A DNA stretch of 64,000 nucleotides from a virus. Its lineage: Duplodnaviria; Caudoviricetes. The notes under the pieces were generated by a model, which was not told the DNA's origin, made no database searches, and saw nothing but the letters and a program-made list of their open reading frames with translations. The stretch lies in IMG/VR virus record IMGVR_UViG_3300028903_000001, positions 32,001 to 96,000 of that record. One strand, given 5' to 3'. A program made the position numbers and the translations under genes. This document shows, piece by piece, positions 35,807-43,955 of this stretch (its first letter is position 1; every line of letters begins with the position of its first letter).

Positions 35807-37435
35807 TCAATGCTTCCCATAGACGACGGGGAGTCGAACCACTCTCTGGTCCCGCTTCCCACCCGTTACGCCCCAGCAGACGCGACATTCAGTCTTCTTG
35901 TTCATGTCAATCGCAATGGCGCAGCAGCCCGCCGCCTCGTAGGCTTGCGTCTTAGCCGTGCCGTAGACCTTGCCTGGGTTCTCTCTCTGAACCTTGCCCA
36001 TGTTCGTCTTGGAGGCAGACATGGGCCTGCCATGCGGGTCTAGGACGAACCGCTTCTCTCTCACATCGACGATTGCGTCGTAAAACACTCCATCCTTGGG
36101 AAGCGTCGCGATATCGACGTCGGTGGGATACATGGGATAGGAGAGTGGATAGGTCTGGGCCGGATTGTCCTTGATCTTGACGCCCTCTTCTCTGATATCT
36201 GGCGTCTCCCTCTTGCCCTGGATCTTGGCCCTAGCCCCACCACCGATCACGGAGGGCAGGTAGGCGGGGCAGGCCCATGTCTCGGGGCCCGTGTCCGAGA
36301 TCTGTACCTGAATCTTGCCCTTTTTGATATCGAAACTGATCGTGTTGCTGCTCGTGCCTCCGCTCATGCCAGCGACACTGGGCTCTGGCGCGTCGAAAAA
36401 GATGCCAGAGGGCCGGATCGCGAGGTTCTTGGGGAACTTGCCTTTTCGCACCACTTCCTCGAGCAGTCTCGCTCCGCTGCTCGAGGTCCAGATCCGGGTC
36501 GGGGCCCAGAAGTGGATATCTTTCATCGACCTGACGATTTCCAGCCACATCCCCAGGTATTCGCGTGAGAAGAAGTCGCCGCTGTCGTGGATGCGGAAGA
36601 AATCGGGGTGCGGAATCACAGCGAGCTTGTTCGGGTCGCTCGTCCTCGACCGTGCCCTGCGACTCACGTCTTGCGCCATGCGAATCGCAGCTTTCATCAC
36701 GGGAATAAAGGTGCCAGTCTTTACCGCATAGTCGGTCCACATCTTGCGCCACTGCATGACGAGGATGATACTTGGATTGCCGTAGCTGCCTTTCAGTGCG
36801 TAGCAGCCGTTGCAAATAAACCTCTCCTTGGCTTCTCCTGGAGCCATGGGTAGGGAATCGACGTACTCCTTCGCCGCAGCGACTCTCAGCCTTCGAATGC
36901 CAGACAGTATCTTGAGACTGTCAAGCGCCCCCTTCTCAAGCTCCATTCGCTCCGCGTCGAATCCAATCGCAGAGCCGGGGCAGCATCCGCCGAACCTGGG
37001 AGGTCCTGCGGGAAGGTTCCAGGAGTAGCAACCCATCTTCGTGGTACGGGTCAGAAGCGCACAATTTCTCACGATGACAGAGGTCGGCTTGTGAAGCTCA
37101 CCGGAATCAGCGAGGTACTTTTTGATGAAAGCGTTTTCCGACGCGCCTTTGCGGTCTTTTCTCGCCTCGTAAGCGATATTGTCCATGTCGCGCCAAAGCA
37201 CGGGTTGGTCGAATCGGAAACCGAGTAGACCGCCGCCGACTCTATGATATCTCCAGCCCCTGGGAGTCTCTGCGATCCGCTTTATCGCCTTCCACTCCGC
37301 ATCGCTTCCAGGCACCGCCTTAGCGTGTGCCAGGTAGGTATCCGGCAGAATCTCGGCTCTCTCAATGAAAGGTCGCGTCCATAGCACATGCTTCTGTGCC
37401 GTGTTTTCTGCCTCTTTGCTCATAGCCTTCTCCAC
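35807..37435 (-). CDS. Phage Gp88-like protein (Cys-rich)
   Basis: TKMGCYSWNLPA...CPG, CNGCYALKGSY, FRIHDSGDFFS, FWAPTR, CPA, CRVCW...VVYGKH motifs. Confidence 0.7.
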   Translation of the reverse strand: MEKAMSKEAENTAQKHVLWTRPFIERAEILPDTYLAHAKAVPGSDAEWKAIKRIAETPRGWRYHRVGGGLLGFRFDQPVLWRDMDNIAYEARKDRKGASENAFIKKYLADSGELHKPTSVIVRNCALLTRTTKMGCYSWNLPAGPPRFGGCCPGSAIGFDAERMELEKGALDSLKILSGIRRLRVAAAKEYVDSLPMAPGEAKERFICNGCYALKGSYGNPSIILVMQWRKMWTDYAVKTGTFIPVMKAAIRMAQDVSRRARSRTSDPNKLAVIPHPDFFRIHDSGDFFSREYLGMWLEIVRSMKDIHFWAPTRIWTSSSGARLLEEVVRKGKFPKNLAIRPSGIFFDAPEPSVAGMSGGTSSNTISFDIKKGKIQVQISDTGPETWACPAYLPSVIGGGARAKIQGKRETPDIREEGVKIKDNPAQTYPLSYPMYPTDVDIATLPKDGVFYDAIVDVREKRFVLDPHGRPMSASKTNMGKVQRENPGKVYGTAKTQAYEAAGCCAIAIDMNKKTECRVCWGVTGGKRDQRVVRLPVVYGKH

Positions 37436-38823
37436 GTCTTAGGGATCACGATCTTGCCTCGCCGCCGGATCGGGTTTGGTGATATCTGCCAGGTCTTACC
37501 GCCGATGTAGGGTATCTTGGTGTCTGCCTTTCGCATGCCCATGCTCTTAGGCAAGTCCTCGTACAGGCTTCGCGGCGAGCCAAATTGTTGCTTCTGCTCA
37601 TAGCTCAGCATCTCGACTCGCAGCCCGGCCTTCTCCGCAATGTCGAAGACGAGAGCCAATGCGTCGTAGTAGAACCTCTCGACAAACGGCTGCATCACGT
37701 CTAGCGCGGCATGAATCTTCTCGTCGGTGAGTCCCTTCGCCTTAAGTCGGCTTTGAAACTGTTCGTCGCTAAGCCCCTTGCGAACGATGGGAAGGTCGCT
37801 CTGCACCTCCTCGACGAGAATCGATTCTTCTGCCAAAATTATGTGTGAGTACCTCACCCAGCCGATAGTGAAGAGACCGAGTTTCAGCACGGGATGCGAG
37901 GAGCGATACGACACGTCTCGAATCGCTTCAATCGTATTGAGCACTTCCGGCTCGTCACTGACCAATGCCGGGTCGATGTTGAGTTGCAGCACGTTGTTGG
38001 GATAGGTGCTAAGTCGCTGAAGCTCCGAGGTCCACTTCGTCTCGGTAATCTGCCAAGTCATGCCGTAGCTATCGATTAGCTTCTTCGCCGCATCGGGCGT
38101 CAGCGTACCGCCACCTATATCGTGCTTGACCGTCTCGAATGCATCGGGGAAGGTTCGCTTGAAGGCGGCAATCTTCATCGGCTCGGTGACCTTGGCTAGC
38201 GCCTTAGCGCCTGCTCGCTTTCTGCCATAGACTGTCTTGGGCCCGATCTTATTTGGCTCCAGAATGGTTCCGGTGAGGTTCGCGCCCTCAAGGTTCGCTT
38301 CACGGAGGTTCGCGCTAGTAAGGTCCGCGTGATACAAGTCCGCTCTGGTGAGGTTCGCTCTGGTGAGGTTCGCTCTGGTGAGGTCCGCGTCGGTGAGGTT
38401 CGCGCCAGTGAGGTTCGCGTCGGCGAGGTTCGCGCGAAAGAGGTTCGCTCCGGTGAGGTTTAAGTTATGGAGGTCCGCGTCGGTGAGGTTCGCGCCAGTG
38501 AGGTTCGCGTCGGTGAGGTTCGCTCCGGTGAGGTTCGCGCCAGTGAGGTCCGCGTCGGTGAGGTTCGCATCCTCAAGGTACGCTCCGGTGAGGTTCGCGC
38601 CAGTGAGGTCCGCGTCGGTGAGGTCCGCGCCAGTGAGGTTCGCGCCCACAAGAATTGCGTTGGATAGATCTGCCTCGGCAAGGTTGACCCCGCGCAGGTC
38701 AGCCCCGGTGAGGTCTGCCTTAGCCAGATTAGCTTGTTCGCCTCCCTGCTCATAGCCTTCCCTCCAGAGTCTGTGCAGCCTCACTATCTCGCCTACCTGC
38801 TCCTTGGTAACTTTTCGGCTCAT
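37420..38823 (-). CDS. Pentapeptide-repeat protein fused to an unknown C-terminal domain
   Basis: About 31 A(N/D)LT(G/D/R) repeats; C-terminal domain with IGWVR and ILVEEVQSD motifs; ends SPNPIRRRGK. Confidence 0.85.
   Translation of the reverse strand: MSRKVTKEQVGEIVRLHRLWREGYEQGGEQANLAKADLTGADLRGVNLAEADLSNAILVGANLTGADLTDADLTGANLTGAYLEDANLTDADLTGANLTGANLTDANLTGANLTDADLHNLNLTGANLFRANLADANLTGANLTDADLTRANLTRANLTRADLYHADLTSANLREANLEGANLTGTILEPNKIGPKTVYGRKRAGAKALAKVTEPMKIAAFKRTFPDAFETVKHDIGGGTLTPDAAKKLIDSYGMTWQITETKWTSELQRLSTYPNNVLQLNIDPALVSDEPEVLNTIEAIRDVSYRSSHPVLKLGLFTIGWVRYSHIILAEESILVEEVQSDLPIVRKGLSDEQFQSRLKAKGLTDEKIHAALDVMQPFVERFYYDALALVFDIAEKAGLRVEMLSYEQKQQFGSPRSLYEDLPKSMGMRKADTKIPYIGGKTWQISPNPIRRRGKIVIPKTWRRL
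38272..38715. repeat. 15-bp tandem repeats encoding the pentapeptide solenoid
   Basis: Unit GTGAGGT(T/C)CGC(G/T)(C/T)C(A/G) repeated with little divergence. Confidence 0.9.
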
Positions 38824-39113
38824 GCCAACCTCTCATCCATCTCGTCGCTGATAACTCGCTCGAAACTCGATCGCATCGGCTTGAGCCCGAACGGCAACTT
38901 GACCCTGACGCAGACATATTCGGGGTCGAGTTCGATCTCCCCCTTGATGCCCTTGGTCAGTCCCCCGGTCGATTCGAACTCGATCGCCTTGTGATCTTCG
39001 CGCCAGCTAAGCTCGAGGTGAAGCTCTTCCTTCAGCCCCTCGGCCATTGCGATGGTCCTGGTGACGAGGTCCTTGGTGTCGAAACTGTGCGGCCTTTTGA
39101 TCTCGATGTCCAT
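38820..39113 (-). CDS. Polyhydroxyalkanoate-granule-region (PHA_gran_rgn-like) protein
   Basis: I.I.RPH...A..L.......W.....F......G..G.I......V.V.V.LPF.L.P....E..I...L pattern, 97 aa. Confidence 0.7.
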   Translation of the reverse strand: MDIEIKRPHSFDTKDLVTRTIAMAEGLKEELHLELSWREDHKAIEFESTGGLTKGIKGEIELDPEYVCVRVKLPFGLKPMRSSFERVISDEMDERLA

Positions 39114-39313
39114 TGTAGCGGCATCTTCGCACCTATCTAGGGCTGACGCAACATTGCTGATGCAACAAAGCGGCAGGGGTCAATACGGGGTCAACCCGCA
39201 ATGGTAACCACCTCTGTAACGATGTGGTAAACAGACTAATCGCCAGCCGTATCTGGTTTTTTGCAGCTACTTTAGCACGAAAATGTCCCACGGCTGTTTT
39301 AGCTCGCTCAATG

Positions 39314-39357
39314 TTGACTAACCCTGTTCACCGTGTTACGACCCGGCTACGAAGGAG
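39314..39357 (+). promoter_or_regulatory. Putative sigma-70 promoter and RBS
   Basis: TTGACT-N17-TACGAC in an AT-richer 250-bp divergent intergenic region; AAGGAG RBS before ATG 39364. Confidence 0.45.
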
Positions 39358-39363
39358 ATTGAT

Positions 39364-39945
39364 ATGAGTCTACACACATCCGTTATGACAATGCTGCTAG
39401 CGCTTCCGCCCGCTCACGCGGATCTGGACGAGCAAAACAGGTCAGAAAGGGTAGAAGTCATTGCCTCTGCGATAAGCCAGGCGACGCAGCGCGCCTGCTG
39501 CTCCGGTGCCTACGCGAGTGACGATTGTCCCAGGCTCTGGACCGGGTCAGAAAACAGTCTCGCCGCGCTTATCGTCACCAAGGGCTGGTGGGAGTCCAGG
39601 TTTGCGCTCAACGTGCATCGTGGCGAGTGCAAGCCATGGGAATGCGACGCGGTGAAGCTGAGTAATGGTTCAATCCAGCACCTGGCCAGGACGCCTTGGC
39701 AGTTTCAACGCACAGCCTTCTCGGCTCCCTTCTGGTCCGACATGGTTGGGACCGGCATAGAACCTACCAGAAACGCGGCATGGGTCGCGGCCAGGATCAT
39801 CAGTCACGGAATGAAGAGTTGCAAAAGCGTCGAGGGTACCATCGCGTGGTACGCGACGGGTCGTTGCCAATGGAGCAAGGCAAAAGATCGCTACGTGACG
39901 TACAGAAAGTTGACGACCTTGCTTGCGTCGCGCCGCGAGTCGTGA
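39364..39945 (+). CDS. Putative lysozyme-fold/transglycosylase-like secreted protein
   Basis: Hydrophobic N-terminus; WWESRF (Glu-Ser), TPWQF, IAWYATG pattern; Cys pairs. Confidence 0.5.
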   Translation: MSLHTSVMTMLLALPPAHADLDEQNRSERVEVIASAISQATQRACCSGAYASDDCPRLWTGSENSLAALIVTKGWWESRFALNVHRGECKPWECDAVKLSNGSIQHLARTPWQFQRTAFSAPFWSDMVGTGIEPTRNAAWVAARIISHGMKSCKSVEGTIAWYATGRCQWSKAKDRYVTYRKLTTLLASRRES

Positions 39946-39966
39946 TAGACACTTAACCTCACCTCA

Positions 39967-40029
39967 AGCACTGCCTGCCGCACGAGCGTTACCCCCTTTC
40001 CGCTGCTGACGGCAGGCAGTGCTCTTTTG
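39967..40029 (+). terminator. Long GC-rich hairpin followed by a T-tract
   Basis: AGCACTGCCTGCCG ... CGGCAGGCAGTGCT (14-bp perfect stem) then CTTTTG. Confidence 0.7.
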
Positions 40030-40067
40030 TTCCCGCAACGTTGCGAGTCGAACAGTGTCGGGCTAGC

Positions 40068-40874
40068 ATGGCTGACATGCCTAGTCCGTGGAAAACGCAG
40101 TGTGAGGGCTACGTCAGCTATCGCTGGCACGAAAACGGTGCCATCGAGGTGCATGGCAAGGGCTTTCTCAAGCACGACCCGTCGAGCAAAGCAGCTAAGG
40201 GAATCTCGAAATATGTCGAAAAGTACATGCCGCTTTTCGAGAAGAATGCTCAAGCCCTGGGGCTACCGGTAGCGTGGATCGTTGGGATAGTCTTTGTGGA
40301 GAGCGGTGGCAACGAGTGGGGCTGCTCGCCCTGCATCCGCTTCGATAGCAAGGGAAAGCAGACATGCTCTCTCGCCCCCAACTGTGGCGGGGGCGTGGCG
40401 AGAGACGGCAAGACCTACTCGTGCTGCGCCTACGGTCTCATGCAGGTCACTCATCGAAACGCGGTGACATACGGCATGAGTCATGGCGCAGAGCTTCTCG
40501 GTAACCCCGAGGACTCGGTCAGGATCGGCACGAGGATATACGCCGACAACGTCAAGGCAAGCGAGGGCGACCCGCTCGTCGCGGTGCGGCGATACAACGG
40601 CTGCGCACGGACGACGTGTGTCGGCGGCAGACTCACTACATGCACGCCGGAATGCATCTTCGGAATCGGTGGGCAGGGCGGGTATGCGGAGAAGTTCACC
40701 AGGGCAGTGAACACGTTCCTCGAGCTTCCTCCCGGCCCCGTGGAGCCTCCAGAGCCGCCTCTGGTCGAGCCGGTGGACTACGAAGCCTCCGTGGGCTCCC
40801 CAGGCGTCCTGGGGCTAGCCTTGGCGATTGGCGTAGGCATTGGAGCCTACTGGTACGCATCGAAAAGGTTGTAG
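40068..40874 (+). CDS. Lytic transglycosylase (SLT family) with C-terminal TM anchor, paralogue of 7496..8344
   Basis: IVFVESGGN, AYGLMQV, SVRIGTRI, RRYNG motifs; Cys-rich insertions; ends VLGLALAIGVGIGAYWYASKRL. Confidence 0.85.
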   Translation: MADMPSPWKTQCEGYVSYRWHENGAIEVHGKGFLKHDPSSKAAKGISKYVEKYMPLFEKNAQALGLPVAWIVGIVFVESGGNEWGCSPCIRFDSKGKQTCSLAPNCGGGVARDGKTYSCCAYGLMQVTHRNAVTYGMSHGAELLGNPEDSVRIGTRIYADNVKASEGDPLVAVRRYNGCARTTCVGGRLTTCTPECIFGIGGQGGYAEKFTRAVNTFLELPPGPVEPPEPPLVEPVDYEASVGSPGVLGLALAIGVGIGAYWYASKRL

Positions 40875-40950
40875 GTAACGGTCTACACACCGTGAACCAA
40901 TAATATCACGATTCGGAACTCGATGCAAGAAAGCAAAAGGAACTGGTAAC

Positions 40951-41307
40951 ATGAGCAAGGTAGATCCGGCTGAGTGGGCAAATTACTCCGACGAGGCTTT
41001 GCAGGTAGTTCTCACCCTGCCCCCAGAGCGCATCGCCAGGATCAATGGGGCCTGGGACGAGGCTTGGTGCAATCGTCTTCGAAATAGCGGAGACTTCAAG
41101 GACACCTACACCAAGGAAGAGGTCGATCTCATCGTCTCGACAATGAAGAGATACAATCCGACACTGGACGAGGCGAAGTTTCGAAGCTACGTCGTCGAAT
41201 GCTCCGGGGCGACGATTGAAGGCTCCTCCTCCTCGACTTGGCTCTGGGTCGGTGCGCTGGGCCTAGCCGCTGTCGGGCTCGTGGCCTACGTCGCGACGAG
41301 GAAGTAA
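40951..41307 (+). CDS. Small membrane protein, C-terminal anchor
   Basis: 118 aa, ends WLWVGALGLAAVGLVAYVATRK. Confidence 0.7.
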   Translation: MSKVDPAEWANYSDEALQVVLTLPPERIARINGAWDEAWCNRLRNSGDFKDTYTKEEVDLIVSTMKRYNPTLDEAKFRSYVVECSGATIEGSSSSTWLWVGALGLAAVGLVAYVATRK

Positions 41308-42200
41308 TGGGACTCTGCAACGACAAGTCTGGTTACTACACTGCCCCACCAGATATAACGATCTCGCAGATTCATGCCTGCTGGATGTTCCATGGCGCAA
41401 AGCCTCGGGGCTGGATCGATCTTCGCTTTCAATTGCCTCTGAGCGAGGTTTGGCAGTGGAGACTCTTTCGATTCCGTGGGCAAGACGCGCCGGTTGAATA
41501 CTGGGACGAGATCCGCGATAGCATGCTAAGAGATGGTTGGTGGGAATCGGATCCACTCCTTCTCATACTAGGTGCCGACGGATGTATCACCATGGAGGGC
41601 AACCATAGACTCCAAATTGCTAGAGAAATCGGCATAACTACGATACCCGCTCGCATAGCAGACTTCTACCGTAAAGTATGTGGCAGCTACCCACCTGGAA
41701 TTCAGCCAAGCACGATGGCTTTCGCCTCACAATACAGGCCAGAGGTTCTTGAATGTGACTACAACGAGTTTAGGCGAGCCATTGACTCGATGAGCGCAAG
41801 TGCGCCCGACTGGGATAGCTTGGTTGACTCTGTTGTCGAGTGGTGCAGAAACGGTAAGGGTCTGGACCCGAGACGAAAGTCTCGGAATATGGCTATGATA
41901 CGTGGCTCCAAGTCTCTGGAAAAACGTGAACGAGCAAAGCTCCGAGAGATGTATTTGGAATGGGTCAGAGAACAAGTCGAAAGCATGATGCTTGTCGGGG
42001 TTACTTGGCCACTTCCCCTAACTTGGCCCAATGTGACGAAGGATCAGTTGCAAATGCATAGTGGATATATGTCGGAAGAGGCTAAGTCGGAATATCGCGC
42101 GGCCAAAATGATGTTGGGCAAGCGGAATGATAGTAAAAGAGTGAGCGAAAAGAGCGATAGAGCGGTGGACGAGATAATGCGTCTACTGTCGGGGAGGTGA
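41307..42200 (+). CDS. ParB/Srx-like N-terminal domain protein
   Basis: IRDSMLRDGW..DPLLL......ITMEGNHRLQIAREIGITTIP; TAATG-coupled start. Confidence 0.7.
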   Translation: MGLCNDKSGYYTAPPDITISQIHACWMFHGAKPRGWIDLRFQLPLSEVWQWRLFRFRGQDAPVEYWDEIRDSMLRDGWWESDPLLLILGADGCITMEGNHRLQIAREIGITTIPARIADFYRKVCGSYPPGIQPSTMAFASQYRPEVLECDYNEFRRAIDSMSASAPDWDSLVDSVVEWCRNGKGLDPRRKSRNMAMIRGSKSLEKRERAKLREMYLEWVREQVESMMLVGVTWPLPLTWPNVTKDQLQMHSGYMSEEAKSEYRAAKMMLGKRNDSKRVSEKSDRAVDEIMRLLSGR

Positions 42201-42201
42201 C

Positions 42202-43236
42202 ATGACCTCGATCTGGCTCGATCGAGCGCTGGAAAAGCTCTGGCCCCCGGTCCAACTCTGGGTCCACTACCCCGACTCTGAGGGCAAGAGGGCCAAGGCA
42301 GAGCTTCTCGACGCCTACGATAGCCTTGGGCCGAGGGAAAAGGCGGCATACGACGCGGACGTCAGGGAAGCGTTCCTCCGCGCCCACGGATCGGATCGCG
42401 TCATCGCGTATCGACGCAGGAAGGCCAGGTCTGAGCCCATGGCTGGGCTCTCTCTGTCCACACTCGAGCCTGGTGCGAGGTCTGATACATACAGCGTGTC
42501 ACTAAACGATGTTCTCGTCCACTGGGCTCAGTCCGAAATGCCGCTATCGAGCCGCGCCTATGGCCATGAGAAGGAGATCATCTTGAGACGCGACGCTGAG
42601 CCGGTCCCAGTAGGTGAGGTGAAAGAAAACCCGACCCTGCTACCCGGCTCCAAAATCGTCGAGATTCTGTCCGTCATCGATACGAGAGAGTACGAGGAGG
42701 TCGCCGACGGCGTGTTCAAGCCGATCGCGGGCAGCGGCAACGAGAATGAATGCGCGAGATGCGGCAGGATGCACGAGGTACACGCCCATGTCAGGCTCGA
42801 GAGCGGGGAGACCGCCGTTGTCGGCACGGGATGCATGCGAGGCGAGAGCGTCGAGACTACCAAAGCCGTCACCAAGGCTGCCAATGCCGCCAAGCGGCTG
42901 GCAGCGCTCAAGGCCGAGTACAAGAAGCTGACCGAGGAGCTTGCGGCCTGGGACGCGGCTTGGGAAGAGGTCCTGAGCCTGACACCACCCGAGCCGGTCA
43001 GGGCGATGCATAGGTGGCAGAAAGGTGAGGAAGTCATCCGAATAGGTGATGCTGTCCTGTTCGTACGGCATATACGAGGTCCTGAGCCGACGAGGGGCGA
43101 GATGGATGGCCTGATCCACGACTGGAGACTGAAACGGATGGAAGCTACCGGTCTCAGGCATCCCGCGCAGGTAGCGTCGTACCTGAAAGAGGTTGAGAAG
43201 CGGATCAGAAAGCTGATTCCTCCCCCGCAGCTATGA
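42202..43236 (+). CDS. Two-domain protein: ART-like N-terminus, zinc-finger/coiled-coil C-terminus
   Basis: VIAYRR...LSLST...HEKEIIL resembles the R-S-E ADP-ribosyltransferase pattern; EVKENP linker; CARCGR...H...VGTGC; GGAGG RBS. Confidence 0.5.
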   Translation: MTSIWLDRALEKLWPPVQLWVHYPDSEGKRAKAELLDAYDSLGPREKAAYDADVREAFLRAHGSDRVIAYRRRKARSEPMAGLSLSTLEPGARSDTYSVSLNDVLVHWAQSEMPLSSRAYGHEKEIILRRDAEPVPVGEVKENPTLLPGSKIVEILSVIDTREYEEVADGVFKPIAGSGNENECARCGRMHEVHAHVRLESGETAVVGTGCMRGESVETTKAVTKAANAAKRLAALKAEYKKLTEELAAWDAAWEEVLSLTPPEPVRAMHRWQKGEEVIRIGDAVLFVRHIRGPEPTRGEMDGLIHDWRLKRMEATGLRHPAQVASYLKEVEKRIRKLIPPPQL

Positions 43237-43438
43237 CCCGATCCTGCTCAAGCAGCGCGTCCAGTACCTGCCTGGGGCCATGTCTGCGCAGATACTCGTA
43301 GACGCACTTCTTGGCCCTCTCATCGGCATCCTCGACACCGTCAGCCTCCATAATCGCGATTCGCTCCTCGACGAGATGCTTACCCTCATCGAGCGGAGTC
43401 GTGACGTTGTCGGCCATGAAAAAGTCTATGTCAGCCAT
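43205..43438 (-). CDS. Small hypothetical protein
   Basis: EERIAIMEADG motif common in small phage proteins; GGAG RBS. Confidence 0.5.
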   Translation of the reverse strand: MADIDFFMADNVTTPLDEGKHLVEERIAIMEADGVEDADERAKKCVYEYLRRHGPRQVLDALLEQDRVIAAGEESAF

Positions 43439-43820
43439 GTACCATCTCCAGTTCCGGCTCGTCATCGATCCCCGTACCGATCCATATCCAGGTCGTTGAA
43501 TCTCCAGGATATGACTCATTCACCTTCACCCAGAGATATCCCAATGCGCGAAGCTTTTCCATCGCGACTACACTGCCTGGTAGCCACTCATCTAGCCCTA
43601 TGGCTCCTGGGTCCGACATGTCGAGAAGGAAAGTTGCCTGCCTCGTCGTCATATCTGTCCAGTCCAACACAGATTCTTTACGATAGTCGATCTTGGCTCG
43701 GTACAGCCTGTTACCACCATAGCCACGGTTCGACGCCTTGGCAACGGATCTATCCTCGGCGAAGCAGTATCCGGTGTCCACGTAGTCATCACTAGCGGCT
43801 CGCCACAGCGTTTTCCTCAT
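43431..43820 (-). CDS. Hypothetical protein, weakly ART-like
   Basis: TLWRA...GYCFAEDRSVAK...GGNRLYRAKI...VLDW; AAGGAGG RBS. Confidence 0.5.
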   Translation of the reverse strand: MRKTLWRAASDDYVDTGYCFAEDRSVAKASNRGYGGNRLYRAKIDYRKESVLDWTDMTTRQATFLLDMSDPGAIGLDEWLPGSVVAMEKLRALGYLWVKVNESYPGDSTTWIWIGTGIDDEPELEMVHG

Positions 43821-43870
43821 CTCGTCCTCCTTGACCCCAGGGTCAAGTCGTGCATTTTGATCAAGTACAG

Positions 43871-43943
43871 CGTCCCCGGCAGGACTCGAACCTGCAAATT
43901 GCGGTTTAGGAAACCGCTGCTCTATCCATTGAGCTACGGAGAC
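43871..43943 (-). tRNA. tRNA-Arg (anticodon CCT)
   Basis: GTCTCCGTAGCTCAATGGATAGAGCAGCGGTTTCCTAAACCGCAATTTGCAGGTTCGAGTCCTGCCGGGGACG folds into a cloverleaf with D-arm, GTTCGA T-loop and CCT anticodon; CCA not encoded. Confidence 0.95.
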
Positions 43944-43955
43944 TTACGTTACGAC

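Noticed and set aside
38272-38715. 15-bp repeats as a CRISPR array or iterons
   Set aside because: No spacers; they are in-frame pentapeptide codons.
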